Source: a virus (taxonomy: Duplodnaviria > Caudoviricetes). From it: DNA of 53,086 nucleotides. The stretch is taken from positions 1 to 53,086 of the IMG/VR virus record IMGVR_UViG_3300026953_000016; one strand, given 5' to 3'. The notes beneath the pieces were generated by a model. The model was not told where the DNA came from. It ran no database searches and saw only the letters and a list, made by a program, of their open reading frames with translations. Made by a program: the position numbers and the translations under genes. Below, piece by piece: positions 14,950 to 24,571 of this stretch (the stretch's first letter is position 1; every line of letters starts with the position of its first letter).

Positions 14950-16946
14950 TCACTCCTGCTCCCGGAACACAATTCATCCCGCTCGCACAGACGCGGCCGA
15001 TTTCCGAACATCCGATGTATTCCGGAAATCCCCGCAAATGTGGTGCTGAAGTCGGCCTAACGCAGCTCGCTGACACCCTTTATGAGCAGACGCAGCTCCA
15101 GCCAGGGCGAGCCATTCCTTCAAAGGATGGAGAATTCGTCTGGGTCTATATCGGCCAACGCCGCCGAGCCGCTTTGCTGCTCAATGCCGACCGCCATGAC
15201 GACGCTTCCAAGGTGATGGAGCTTTCGGTCGACAATATCGGCATTGACGACGCGTATCGGCGTTCGCTTGCTGAGCAGGATCAGCAGCTCCCGCTTAATG
15301 AAGTGGATCGCTATGAAGCCTTCGCCGACATGATCGCGCGGGGCGACACGGTCGACCACATCGCCAAGTACTTTTGCGTCAAAAAGCTCGTTGTCGAGCA
15401 ATCGATCGCTCTCGGTGGTGCGCTGACCCCTGAAGTGCGGGAGGCTTGGCGGGCCGGCGAGATAGGGAGAGAGGCTGCGCAGGCCTTCACCTTGGCGCCT
15501 GATGCGCGTTCGATGAATGAAGCCCTCGGCAAGCTGCGCCGTTCTCATCAGCTTCAGGCCTATCATGTTCGGCAAGCGCTCGGCGCCGGCAGTGGCGAGG
15601 CAGCGCGCTATGTCGAATTCGTCGGACTGGATGCATACCAAGCCGCGGGCGGCAATGTGCAACGCGATCTCTTCGGCCGGAATCATCGCGTTTCCGATCC
15701 GGTTCTTGCCAAGTCTCTGGCCATGCAAAAGCTACGCGACGAGTGCGAACGGCTTAAGGGTGAGGGCTGGGCCTGGGCAGAGCCTGAAGACGAATTGCCG
15801 AGCGCTTGGCGGGCGTGGGCCATTTCGGAGCCAGACATTGAAGCGACTGAGCCTGAGACGGCGCGGCTGCTTTCGATCGAGGAGGAATTGCAGCGGCTTG
15901 ATCAATCCTTTGACGATCCCGATTCCAAAGAGATTGGTCCGAGTGAGGAAGAGGACGAGCGCTATGGTGTTCTGCAAGCAGAGCACGCCGAAATTCTGCT
16001 TCTGGCGAAAATGCGATCCTTCACTGAGCGACAAAGGAAGAAATCAGGGTGCGTCCTGTTTATATCGGCGACAGGCACTCTTTCAGTGGTCCCCGGTGTG
16101 ATCCGTCCCGCAGAGCCCCGTACCGCGAAAGGCAAGGTTCTGAAAGACGAAAAGGGCGAAGCCGAAGAGGCGCAGCGCGTTCCACGGGCATTGGCAGAGG
16201 CCGACGCGCCAGCGCCGAAGGTCGCGATGATCCCGAATGCTCTGGCGCAGGATCTCGCCTTGGCGCTCAACAAGGTGGTGGCGACGGTCTTGGCAAAGGA
16301 TCCAGACATTGCACTGGCGGTGGCTTTGGCGGCCTTTGCTGAAAACGTTCCTGGTCGAGCGGTTTCGCTGCGTCATGAGGGGTATGGCAGCGCGGCGCTC
16401 AACCTGACGGGAGATAAGACTTTCGACGAAAATCTGGTGCTGTTTTCCATGATGGGCCTGCAGAACCGGCTTGCGATGCTGGCTGAGGTGGTGGCGGCCT
16501 CGCTGTGCTTCCGCGCCAATAGTGCAAAAGAACATGCGATGACGGATCCGGTGGTTAGCGCAATCGTTCAGTGTCTCCCGCGAGATGCGCTGACAGAGGC
16601 CCTTCGCGACAGCTTCCCGGATGACATCTACTGGGAGAAGGCGCCGAAGGCCATCATCCTCGCCGCCATCGAGGACATGCTGGGGCGCGAGCGCGCCGAA
16701 GCGATGAGTGATGAGAAAGTCGTCGATCTCCGCAAGATCGCGGCCGAAGAGGCCTTCAAAACGGGCTGGCTTCCGCCGGAACTCCGGCCGCCGGGCGCCT
16801 TCTGGGACGGCAAGCAGCCGCGTGCGCTTCCTAAGCCCGAGAAGGATGCGGCTAAGCCAAAAGCCAAAGATGCCAAGGCACAGCCGAAGAAGCCGGCCAA
16901 GAAGCCTGCGCCGAAGAAGACGGGAAAGAAGGGAGCGAAGAAATGA
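14946..16946 (+). CDS. ParB/Spo0J-family protein with long C-terminal region
   Basis: NPRK, LADTL...LQP, IGQRRRAAL, SLAEQDQQLPLNEVDRYEAF, HTH; Lys/Ala/Pro-rich tail. Confidence 0.8.
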   Translation: MITPAPGTQFIPLAQTRPISEHPMYSGNPRKCGAEVGLTQLADTLYEQTQLQPGRAIPSKDGEFVWVYIGQRRRAALLLNADRHDDASKVMELSVDNIGIDDAYRRSLAEQDQQLPLNEVDRYEAFADMIARGDTVDHIAKYFCVKKLVVEQSIALGGALTPEVREAWRAGEIGREAAQAFTLAPDARSMNEALGKLRRSHQLQAYHVRQALGAGSGEAARYVEFVGLDAYQAAGGNVQRDLFGRNHRVSDPVLAKSLAMQKLRDECERLKGEGWAWAEPEDELPSAWRAWAISEPDIEATEPETARLLSIEEELQRLDQSFDDPDSKEIGPSEEEDERYGVLQAEHAEILLLAKMRSFTERQRKKSGCVLFISATGTLSVVPGVIRPAEPRTAKGKVLKDEKGEAEEAQRVPRALAEADAPAPKVAMIPNALAQDLALALNKVVATVLAKDPDIALAVALAAFAENVPGRAVSLRHEGYGSAALNLTGDKTFDENLVLFSMMGLQNRLAMLAEVVAASLCFRANSAKEHAMTDPVVSAIVQCLPRDALTEALRDSFPDDIYWEKAPKAIILAAIEDMLGRERAEAMSDEKVVDLRKIAAEEAFKTGWLPPELRPPGAFWDGKQPRALPKPEKDAAKPKAKDAKAQPKKPAKKPAPKKTGKKGAKK

Positions 16947-17272
16947 GCAGCTATGAAGGTTGGGCGCGGTTGGAGTTGATGGGACACCGCCAGCGCGTCG
17001 GCTTCATCAAGGAAGCGGAATGTTACGGCGGCAAGATGCTGCGGATCGACATTCCTGTGAACACACTCGATGGAGAGAGCATCACCGAGTTTTACGGCTG
17101 CACTTCAATATATGCGCTGACTCCGATCTCGGAAGATGTCGCCCGAACCTATGTCAGGTGCGCCGGTGATCCCCGTCCCATCAAACCTGTCGAGTTCCGT
17201 CTCACCGATCAAAGTCCGCCCCGTGTCGTCGCTGAGACCGCGGAGGGCGATGAAGAAGACATTGTTTTCTGA
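16943..17272 (+). CDS. Conserved phage hypothetical protein
   Basis: WARLELMGHRQRVG...LRIDIP...TEFYG..SIYALTP pattern. Confidence 0.7.
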   Translation: MSSYEGWARLELMGHRQRVGFIKEAECYGGKMLRIDIPVNTLDGESITEFYGCTSIYALTPISEDVARTYVRCAGDPRPIKPVEFRLTDQSPPRVVAETAEGDEEDIVF

Positions 17273-17280
17273 GGTCTGAC

Positions 17281-19008
17281 ATGGCGCGCGAGGGAGCAGT
17301 TCGGGCAATTCCTGGTGGCTGTAAGCCGAGGCAGGCGAAGTGGGAGGTTTACCGCCGTCGCCTGCTCGGCCAGCGCCACGATCCGCGCGGGCTGGTAATC
17401 GACTGGTTCGCCGGCGGCGGGGGAGCATCTACCGGTATTGAGACGGCGCTGGGGCGTTCACCTGACGTCGCACTCAATCACGATGCCTTCGCGCTAGCGA
17501 TGCACGAGGCGAACCATCCCGACACCTTGCACCTCAACGAAGACGCCTTCGATGCGGACCCGGTCGAGGTTTGTTCAGGCCTACCGGTATGGCTGATGTG
17601 GTTCAGCCCGGACTGCAAGCACTTCAGCAAGGCAAAGGGTGGGGCGCTGCGTGATCGTCGTATCCGTGGCCTAGCTTGGGTGGTGCTGAAATGGCTTGGC
17701 CGTGGTGGCGCCGGTTTCCCGCGTCGTGGTCCTTGTGCGCCGACCGTGTTCTTTCTTGAAAACGTCGAGGAGTTCGTTACCTGGGGGCCACTGAAGAACG
17801 GCAAGGCGGATCGGCGGCGCAAGGGCCTATACTTCCGTCGCTTCATCGCGGCAATCCGCGCGTTTGGCTACGAGGTGGAGTGGAAAGAGCTGCGCGCCAG
17901 CCTGTTCGGCGTGCCCACGATCCGCAAGCGCCTGGTGCTGATTGCGCGCTGCGACGGCAAGCCAATCGAATGGCCGGAAGAAAGCCATGGGGCGCCTGAG
18001 CACCCAGACGTGCGCTCGGGGCGCAAGGAACCGTGGAAGACAGCCGCCGATGATGTAATCGACTGGTCGCTGCCTTGCCATTCCATATTTCTTAGCCGGG
18101 AAGAGGGGCGCAAGCTTGGCGTCAAGCGCCCGCTCGAACACGCCACCATGGCGCGATTGGCCCGCGGCGTCTTCCGCTATGTGCTCACCGGCGAGCCGTT
18201 CATTCTCAATCTGACGCATCAGGGCGGCGACAGGGTTGAATCGGTATTTGAGCCGACCCGCACACTGACGGGCGCCCATCGTGGCGAGAAGGCTGTGGTG
18301 GTGCCGTTCGTGACAAAATTCCGGAACGGCGCGACCGGCCAAACTGTTGCCGCTCCGCTCGGAACAGTCACAGCCAACAGCTTTATTGAGAGGCCTGGTG
18401 GCGCCCCACCCTTAGGCGTCGTGACTGCTTTCCTCTCGCAGGCACAGCAGGGCGGTAAGAACCGGCAAGCATCAGGTCCCGTTCAAACTGTCACGGCCAG
18501 CCGCAAGGACCAGAACCAGCTTGTTTCGGCCTTCATGCTGCACATGAAGGGTAGCGCCAGGCGCGATGCTCCGGCGACCGAGCCTCTGCGCACGGTCGAG
18601 GCTGGCGGCACTCATGCGGCACAGGTCTATGCTTTCCTGATGAAGTATCACGGGACTGGTGGGCAATGGGCCGGTCTTGGCAAGCCGTCACCGACTGTCG
18701 ACTGCAAAGACCGCCTCGGCTTGGTGACGGTGCTTATCAGCGGCGAACCTTATGTGATTGTCGACATCTGCATGCGGATGCTGACGCCGCGCGAGCTGTT
18801 TCGAGCCCAAGGCTTTCCGGACAGCTACATCATTGATCCGGTGGTCGAGATCGAGCGCGTAACCCGCAACGGTCGCAAGACCATCCGGCGCAAGCTCAAC
18901 AAGTCCGAACAAATCCGGATGTGTGGCAATTCGGTTTGTCCACCGCTGGCGGCTGCCGTGATCCGCGTCAATGCCGGTGCGCCGGAGCGTTTCAGGAGGG
19001 CGGCTTGA
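17281..19008 (+). CDS. DNA cytosine-5 methyltransferase
   Basis: Motif I FAGGGG, IV SPDCKHFS, VI ENVEEF, VIII RKRL, IX RELFRAQGF, X GNSV. Confidence 0.92.
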   Translation: MAREGAVRAIPGGCKPRQAKWEVYRRRLLGQRHDPRGLVIDWFAGGGGASTGIETALGRSPDVALNHDAFALAMHEANHPDTLHLNEDAFDADPVEVCSGLPVWLMWFSPDCKHFSKAKGGALRDRRIRGLAWVVLKWLGRGGAGFPRRGPCAPTVFFLENVEEFVTWGPLKNGKADRRRKGLYFRRFIAAIRAFGYEVEWKELRASLFGVPTIRKRLVLIARCDGKPIEWPEESHGAPEHPDVRSGRKEPWKTAADDVIDWSLPCHSIFLSREEGRKLGVKRPLEHATMARLARGVFRYVLTGEPFILNLTHQGGDRVESVFEPTRTLTGAHRGEKAVVVPFVTKFRNGATGQTVAAPLGTVTANSFIERPGGAPPLGVVTAFLSQAQQGGKNRQASGPVQTVTASRKDQNQLVSAFMLHMKGSARRDAPATEPLRTVEAGGTHAAQVYAFLMKYHGTGGQWAGLGKPSPTVDCKDRLGLVTVLISGEPYVIVDICMRMLTPRELFRAQGFPDSYIIDPVVEIERVTRNGRKTIRRKLNKSEQIRMCGNSVCPPLAAAVIRVNAGAPERFRRAA

Positions 19009-19010
19009 CC

Positions 19011-19238
19011 ATGTTTCACGGGAAACTGTGCGCTATCTGCCTTGAACGGGCAGCAAAATCCGGCTGCGCGCGATGTGAACTATGCCTGGCTGCGTACAAG
19101 CGGCAATGGGCTGACCGCCATCGCGAACGCATCCAGCGCATCCGCAATGAAGAGCGCGACCCGCACGCCCGCGTGATGACGATGGTCAAGACGCGGCAAT
19201 TCAAGGCACGCCGGTTTCATCCAGCGAAGAGAGCTTGA
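19011..19238 (+). CDS. Small zinc-finger-like protein
   Basis: CAIC...CARCELC; basic. Confidence 0.5.
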   Translation: MFHGKLCAICLERAAKSGCARCELCLAAYKRQWADRHRERIQRIRNEERDPHARVMTMVKTRQFKARRFHPAKRA

Positions 19239-19240
19239 GC

Positions 19241-19675
19241 ATGGAAGTGGCGAGCGCACTTTTGGCGGTGCAAGACGGGCGGTGCTTCTATTGTGCTGTA
19301 GAGTTCGACGGGCCGGCTGGCCGCGGTCGGTGGAAACCGGCTGCCTGGACCCGCGAGCACCTCTATCCGAAATCTCAAGGCTTCCGTCTCGAAAACAACT
19401 GCGTCCTCTCCTGCGCCAAGTGTAATCGCAATAAGGGCAGTAGGACGCCGGGCAAGAACGAGGTGCAGCGCGCCTATCTGGTGATGCAGAAGGCTATGCG
19501 CCTGATGCTGATCGCCAATGGCGCACTTCCGGATGGTTGGACGCTCGATCGCACTGTGATCGAGGCGCGTGTGCCACTTGCGGAACCGGTGCGGCCCGTT
19601 GTCGGAAAGTATCGGTCATACCTTCTGCGCGGTCTTGGCTTTTGGGGTGAGCGGCAAGAGGGGCAATCGTCATGA
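19241..19675 (+). CDS. HNH endonuclease
   Basis: QDGRCFYC...TREHLYPKS..G...NCVLSCAKCNRNKG. Confidence 0.85.
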   Translation: MEVASALLAVQDGRCFYCAVEFDGPAGRGRWKPAAWTREHLYPKSQGFRLENNCVLSCAKCNRNKGSRTPGKNEVQRAYLVMQKAMRLMLIANGALPDGWTLDRTVIEARVPLAEPVRPVVGKYRSYLLRGLGFWGERQEGQSS

Positions 19676-19854
19676 GCGAGCGCAACCTTCATCGCGACTT
19701 TGCCAAGGCCTATTCCCGCGCCGAACGAGATTATCAGCAGGCATCCTATCGCGGCGACATGGACCGCATGGATCAGGCCCTCTCTCGTAAGCAGGAGCTG
19801 GAGAAGGGTGTCTCCATCGTCATCCACAATCCCACGGTGCTTCGCGATGAGTGA
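19672..19854 (+). CDS. Hypothetical protein
   Basis: 60 aa, coupled at both ends. Confidence 0.5.
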   Translation: MSERNLHRDFAKAYSRAERDYQQASYRGDMDRMDQALSRKQELEKGVSIVIHNPTVLRDE

Positions 19855-20351
19855 ACGGAACGGAGGGTACAATGCCGACAACAGATGAAGCCCATATTCC
19901 ATGGGACAAAGCCGAAGAGCTTTGGATTTCCCGCCACCGCAATGATGCTCGTGTAGGAGCGACCATAGATGCCGCCGCACCACAAGAGCCGGACAATCCA
20001 GGTCTCAAGATTGGATGGGTGTGCTTCCATTGCTGGGAGTACTTCCCTCCGACGTTCGCCGGGCAGCGAGACGCTCAAGCGCATTTTGGTGGTTCAGAGA
20101 TGCGCGAACCAGCTTGCCAGATCAGTAAGCGTGATCACGGATTGTTGCTTTATGTCCGCGCACTTGAAATGGAGCGCGATGATCTGCGGCGGCAACTGAA
20201 CGAAGACGACAGCGCGAAATGCCGTCAGATATCGGCGATGGCCTGTGGTCATGCTGAAGATGTGCGGCGCGCTGAGGAGGATGGATATGCGAGGGCGGTG
20301 CGGGACATGAAGGCGCAGGGATATTGCGCTGATCCTGACGCCCACAATTGA
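19851..20351 (+). CDS. Hypothetical phage protein (CxxC...H zinc-binding motif)
   Basis: WVCFHC...AQAHFG...PACQI followed by a coiled coil. Confidence 0.6.
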   Translation: MNGTEGTMPTTDEAHIPWDKAEELWISRHRNDARVGATIDAAAPQEPDNPGLKIGWVCFHCWEYFPPTFAGQRDAQAHFGGSEMREPACQISKRDHGLLLYVRALEMERDDLRRQLNEDDSAKCRQISAMACGHAEDVRRAEEDGYARAVRDMKAQGYCADPDAHN

Positions 20352-20363
20352 GGAGGAGGCAAG

Positions 20364-20717
20364 ATGCTGAACCGAAGTGATTTGCCGTCGCCTGATACGC
20401 TGATTGATCTTGGCGATCTCGGATGCCTGGCGTTGATGTTCATATTCGCAGCAGAGGGGCACCGCATCGATATGATCGCGGGTGAGCAGGGCTATGAATG
20501 CAAGTTCATGCTGATGGAGGATGATGTCGAAGATGATGACCCCGTCTATGTGAGGTACTTCGATGAGGGAGATCCCGCGGCTATTAAGGACTGGGAACCG
20601 ACGCCGCTCACTGAGGGTTGGCAGCTTGGCGGGAAGTACAGCACTGAAGACGGCCCGTGTGCAGTGTTCATCCGTAAGGTGATGCGCCCTCAGGATGAAT
20701 CTGAGGTGCCCGCATGA
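20364..20717 (+). CDS. Hypothetical acidic phage protein
   Basis: GAGGAGG RBS; WEPTP..GWQL...TEDGP motif. Confidence 0.65.
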   Translation: MLNRSDLPSPDTLIDLGDLGCLALMFIFAAEGHRIDMIAGEQGYECKFMLMEDDVEDDDPVYVRYFDEGDPAAIKDWEPTPLTEGWQLGGKYSTEDGPCAVFIRKVMRPQDESEVPA

Positions 20718-21391
20718 CCACTCGTCGAGAGTTCTTGACCGGTAGTGCGGTGTCGGTGGCGGCGCTGGCAGTTGCTCCGCAGCTGGTCCAGCCAGTTAAG
20801 GCCGAGGCAGTAAGCTCGAATGCTTGGTGGGGCTATTCGTTGGATGGTGAAATCTTCCATCCCCTAGACGTTGAAACCAAGGCGGATGCGATCGCTGAAG
20901 CTGCAGCGGTGTTTCCTGATGGCGGAGTAACGGTCGCGTGGTGCGAAGAGCATCCGTTGTCGTTTCCGGATTATCGGGAGGCGGTGGTCGAATACATGGT
21001 GGGCTATTGCAGCTCTTTGCGCAGCGCGCTTCTCCGTGCGACCGAGGGAGCTAATGAAGACGCCGATTATGAGGGTGAAATCGCCAGAGAAATGTACCGC
21101 TCCGACACCTATGAATTCGAGCGCGAAGCGCTTATTGCGCTGGATGTGGCATTAGCGCGAATTGGCCATAATGAACTAATCGGCCGTGATTTCGGAAAAA
21201 TGCCCCTCGATGGCGATGAGCCTCTATTAGATCAAATTGGTACCGATGCTGAGCTGGAAGCCGTCTTGCAATCTGCGGCGCAGCGTTGGTTCGATCGTGC
21301 GAGTCTATGGAATGTCGGGCCGTGCACCCTAACCTTGAGCGATGAGCACGATGTTCCATGTTCTACTGAGACCCAGGACTCTACATCATGA
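20714..21391 (+). CDS. Acidic protein with twin-arginine-like signal peptide
   Basis: MTTRREFLTGSAVSVAALAVAP...VKA. Confidence 0.65.
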   Translation: MTTRREFLTGSAVSVAALAVAPQLVQPVKAEAVSSNAWWGYSLDGEIFHPLDVETKADAIAEAAAVFPDGGVTVAWCEEHPLSFPDYREAVVEYMVGYCSSLRSALLRATEGANEDADYEGEIAREMYRSDTYEFEREALIALDVALARIGHNELIGRDFGKMPLDGDEPLLDQIGTDAELEAVLQSAAQRWFDRASLWNVGPCTLTLSDEHDVPCSTETQDSTS

Positions 21392-21596
21392 CCATTTCTT
21401 CCGACCGTTCATGCTCTCGCGAGCACGAATTTGAAGGTGAATTCGGGGTCTGCAAAGGCTGCGGGCTCTACGTCGAGGAGTGCATCGATCTTCGCTATTG
21501 TCCTGGCGAAAAGGTCCAGCGCACCCGGAAAACCGATGAGGAATTCGAATCGTAAACCGTGTGCGGCGGATTCCGCGCTCCCTAGGAGACGAAACT

Positions 21597-21872
21597 ATGA
21601 GCTTCTCAATCGACGCGCAGCGCGCCACAAAATCGGAACTCAGCGACGCCATCGCCGCCGAGCTGGCTAGGGTCCCGGATCAGCAGCCGGTCCATAAGGC
21701 GGACATCGATCAGGCCATCGCAGCGTCCTCGTCGCTGATAGCCCTGATGACCGACGATCCGGAACGCGACCTATACTGCTACGTGTCCGGCTATATCTAT
21801 CAGAAGGAAACCGGAATCGAGCAGTTGAGCCTGAACGTCAGCCTCAATTATCAACCGAAGAAGGCGGCGTAG
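21597..21872 (+). CDS. Hypothetical protein
   Basis: AGGAG RBS; 91 aa. Confidence 0.6.
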   Translation: MSFSIDAQRATKSELSDAIAAELARVPDQQPVHKADIDQAIAASSSLIALMTDDPERDLYCYVSGYIYQKETGIEQLSLNVSLNYQPKKAA

Positions 21873-21969
21873 ACTTCGAGCGAAGTTGTTGCACGATCAA
21901 CCCTGCCGCAGCGGATGCGCTGGCGGCTATGAAGCGCGCCAATGAAGAAGCGCGGTAAGGATTATTGTT

Positions 21970-23220
21970 ATGAACAGCCCTCTCATTCCTCGCGATGTCG
22001 ATCTCAGCGGCTTCGATACTATGCCGCTGAAGGTGGCTGACCTGCTCGCCAGCGCATTCATGGCTGAGTCTGAGGCGGAGGAGTTCCGTGCCGGCGTGGC
22101 ATTGTGGTGCGCCGCGTTTCATCAGGTTCCGGCCGGAAGTGTGCCTGACAAGGATAAGCAGCTGTCGGACATGGCGGGGTTCGGCCGGGCGGTGAATGAA
22201 TGGAAGAAGTGGCGGCGTGGCGCACTCTATGGCTTCGTCTCCGGTGGCGACGGTCGGCTCTATCATAAGAAGCTTTGCCGCATCGCTTTCTTCGATTGCT
22301 GGATGCCGCGGTTGCGCTGGCTGCACGATGCCGAGTGCGAACGGCTGCGCAAATGGAACAAGGCTCACAGCACCCAACCCTTGACGCCGCCGACGCTCGC
22401 CATGTTTGTGCGTCAGAACTATCCTTATACAGCTGCATATCTCGACGTTCTGGACCGGATGACACCGTCATGCGGCTGGGTTTTGCTGCACAAGAAGCAG
22501 CGCCGTGGCTTACGGTTGCCGGAATTGCTGCCGTTTCCACCTAATATATGTGGTGGTTCCGGTGGTAATTCCGCCGGAAGTTTTACAGTTTCCGCCGGAA
22601 GTGATGCGCCGGACTGGGACGAAAACAGTCAAATTGAACCGGAAAACTCGCTTAAGGGAGAGGTAAGGGAGAGTAAACAGATACCCCCCTTACCCCCCTT
22701 GCAGGGGGGTGACGAGGATGAAAACCGCTATTTTGCTATGTTTTTGGCTGCTGGTGGAGCGCGGTGGCACGGTTTGAGACCGGACCGTGCGCGGATTGTT
22801 TGGGATGAGCGCCGCACCGAAGGCGCTGACGCGCAAATACTGATCGCCTGCGCGAAAGCGTACATGGCCCATTTGGACGGCGAGGATCGGCGGCGCCGCG
22901 AGCCGCGTACGGCTGTTGGGCCGGCTGCGTTCCTCAAGGGATTGTGGGCGAACTTCCGCGGTGAGGCGGCGCTGATGGCTGAGTTGACCGCCGCTGAGGT
23001 GCCTGACCTCGGTGAGCCGGGAGAGCGGCTGCGTGGGGAGTTCGGAGATGCGGCCTATGCGGCTATGTTCGCGGGCGCCGTGCTGGAGCCTGGAAACCCT
23101 TTCCGGATAGCCGTAGTGCGTTCGGCTCAGCGGATCATGATCGACAGCCGTATGTCGGCAGTCCGGCGTTGTCTGCGCCTCAACAGTGAGGCCGATCTGA
23201 TTATCGAGGTGCGGGCATGA
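21970..23220 (+). CDS. Phage replication initiation protein (DUF1376/YdaU-like N-terminus)
   Basis: DLSGFDTMPLKVADLLAS...EEFRAGVALWCAAFHQVPAGSVPD...DGRLYH; low-complexity linker; PPLPP motif. Confidence 0.75.
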   Translation: MNSPLIPRDVDLSGFDTMPLKVADLLASAFMAESEAEEFRAGVALWCAAFHQVPAGSVPDKDKQLSDMAGFGRAVNEWKKWRRGALYGFVSGGDGRLYHKKLCRIAFFDCWMPRLRWLHDAECERLRKWNKAHSTQPLTPPTLAMFVRQNYPYTAAYLDVLDRMTPSCGWVLLHKKQRRGLRLPELLPFPPNICGGSGGNSAGSFTVSAGSDAPDWDENSQIEPENSLKGEVRESKQIPPLPPLQGGDEDENRYFAMFLAAGGARWHGLRPDRARIVWDERRTEGADAQILIACAKAYMAHLDGEDRRRREPRTAVGPAAFLKGLWANFRGEAALMAELTAAEVPDLGEPGERLRGEFGDAAYAAMFAGAVLEPGNPFRIAVVRSAQRIMIDSRMSAVRRCLRLNSEADLIIEVRA

Positions 23221-23945
23221 AGGCGCGATCTATCGAACAGGCGCTCGCTTGGGCCTATGGCGACCAGAAGGTCCATTTGGCCAGAGAGGATTGGAAGCCG
23301 AAGGAATTGGGGCGATCATTCACGCCGCAGCTTGCCGCCATGGATTTTGGGGCGGACTATATCGACAGCTCGACCCACTTCGAGTTTGAGGCCCATCCTG
23401 ATGCCTACTTGCTGCATGACGCGGTGCAGTCATTAGTACCTGTGCGGGTGGAGCGCACGCGCGAGGAAGTTGAGATGATGGTGGCGCGCCGCGCATTCGG
23501 TGAGCAGATCACGGCGGGTGGTGCGATGGTCGATCTCTCGTATCACGTTTACGACGAGAATGGAGATGCCAGCGTGGAGCACTTGCCTGGTTCTGCCCTT
23601 GCTGAGTTACGGCGTCAGGTGATGGTCATGCCGTTACCAGAGTTGAGGCCCGCAGGCCTCATCCTTCAAGCCGCTGTGACGGCCAAGCGGCCAGACCCGA
23701 TTCTTGATCCGATGTACATTCCGGAACGCGGACGGGCGATTTTCACCGATGCAAGGCGGCGTGCCGGCTACCGTATAATTTCCTGGGTAGGTGAGGACGC
23801 GTTGAAGGTCATCGGTGCACGGCGTGCATATGCTGTGTGGTGGCAAGCACTTGCGGCAGTGCGTGAGGCTGTCGCCGGGAGAATCGTCTCTTTCACGATC
23901 AATGCTGAGATGCCGCCTGGCCCTTTTTCGCTGGACCCCACTTGA
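23217..23945 (+). CDS. Hypothetical protein at the position of a late-gene regulator
   Basis: SIEQALAWAY...AHPDAYLLHDAV...ARRAYAVWWQAL pattern; last gene before the packaging module. Function inferred from position only. Confidence 0.55.
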   Translation: MKARSIEQALAWAYGDQKVHLAREDWKPKELGRSFTPQLAAMDFGADYIDSSTHFEFEAHPDAYLLHDAVQSLVPVRVERTREEVEMMVARRAFGEQITAGGAMVDLSYHVYDENGDASVEHLPGSALAELRRQVMVMPLPELRPAGLILQAAVTAKRPDPILDPMYIPERGRAIFTDARRRAGYRIISWVGEDALKVIGARRAYAVWWQALAAVREAVAGRIVSFTINAEMPPGPFSLDPT

Positions 23946-24035
23946 CTGCGACGAATGCTTGACTAAGGTCGCGCATGTTGTAATGCGCCCGCGGGTCAGA
24001 GATGGCTTCGCGGGCGCAACCATTTCAGGGGTATC

Positions 24036-24428
24036 GTGGCGCGCTCGCCTACTGTCTATCGACCGCACAGTGGTGGTGCGAAGGCAGGTTCTCCTCGCTA
24101 TGACAGGGAGCGTGGCAGCGCGGCCTCACGCGGTTATGACCGCCAGTGGATCAAGGCGTCCCGTCAGTACCGTTCCGAACATCCGCTTTGTGAATATTGC
24201 GAGATGAATGGATTGGTGACTGCGACTGCTCTGGTCGATCATCTGTATCCCCACAAAGGCGATACAGACATCTTCTGGCTGCGAGAGCTTTGGGTTTCGA
24301 GTTGCACGACCTGTCACTCCGAATGGAAGCAGCAGGTCGAGCAGCGCGGGGTGGGTGCCCTCGATGCCCTGGCCCGCCGCCTGGGGCGTCCGACCCTCGC
24401 CGAAGCTATGCAGCGCATGCATGGCTAG
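24036..24428 (+). CDS. Packaging-associated HNH endonuclease
   Basis: RGSAASRGYDRQW...HPLCEYC...VDHLYPHKGD...CTTCHS, immediately upstream of terS. Confidence 0.88.
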   Translation: MARSPTVYRPHSGGAKAGSPRYDRERGSAASRGYDRQWIKASRQYRSEHPLCEYCEMNGLVTATALVDHLYPHKGDTDIFWLRELWVSSCTTCHSEWKQQVEQRGVGALDALARRLGRPTLAEAMQRMHG

Positions 24429-24454
24429 GTCACCAGCCATGCGCGCGAAGTATT

Positions 24455-24560
24455 GGGTGGTACGGGGGGCCCCAAAAAGTTAACGGAAATCGACCTCGTA
24501 GACCGGTGGCCAGTATGGAGTTTTTTTCCGCAAAATTGGCGAAACTATTTTTTTTGAAGG
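24455..24560. other. Putative cos (cohesive end) region
   Basis: Non-coding gap between HNH and terS with G6, A5 and T7/T8 runs, the usual position and character of cos in HK97-like phages; exact cut site unknown. Confidence 0.5.
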
Positions 24561-24571
24561 GAACCAGGTAG

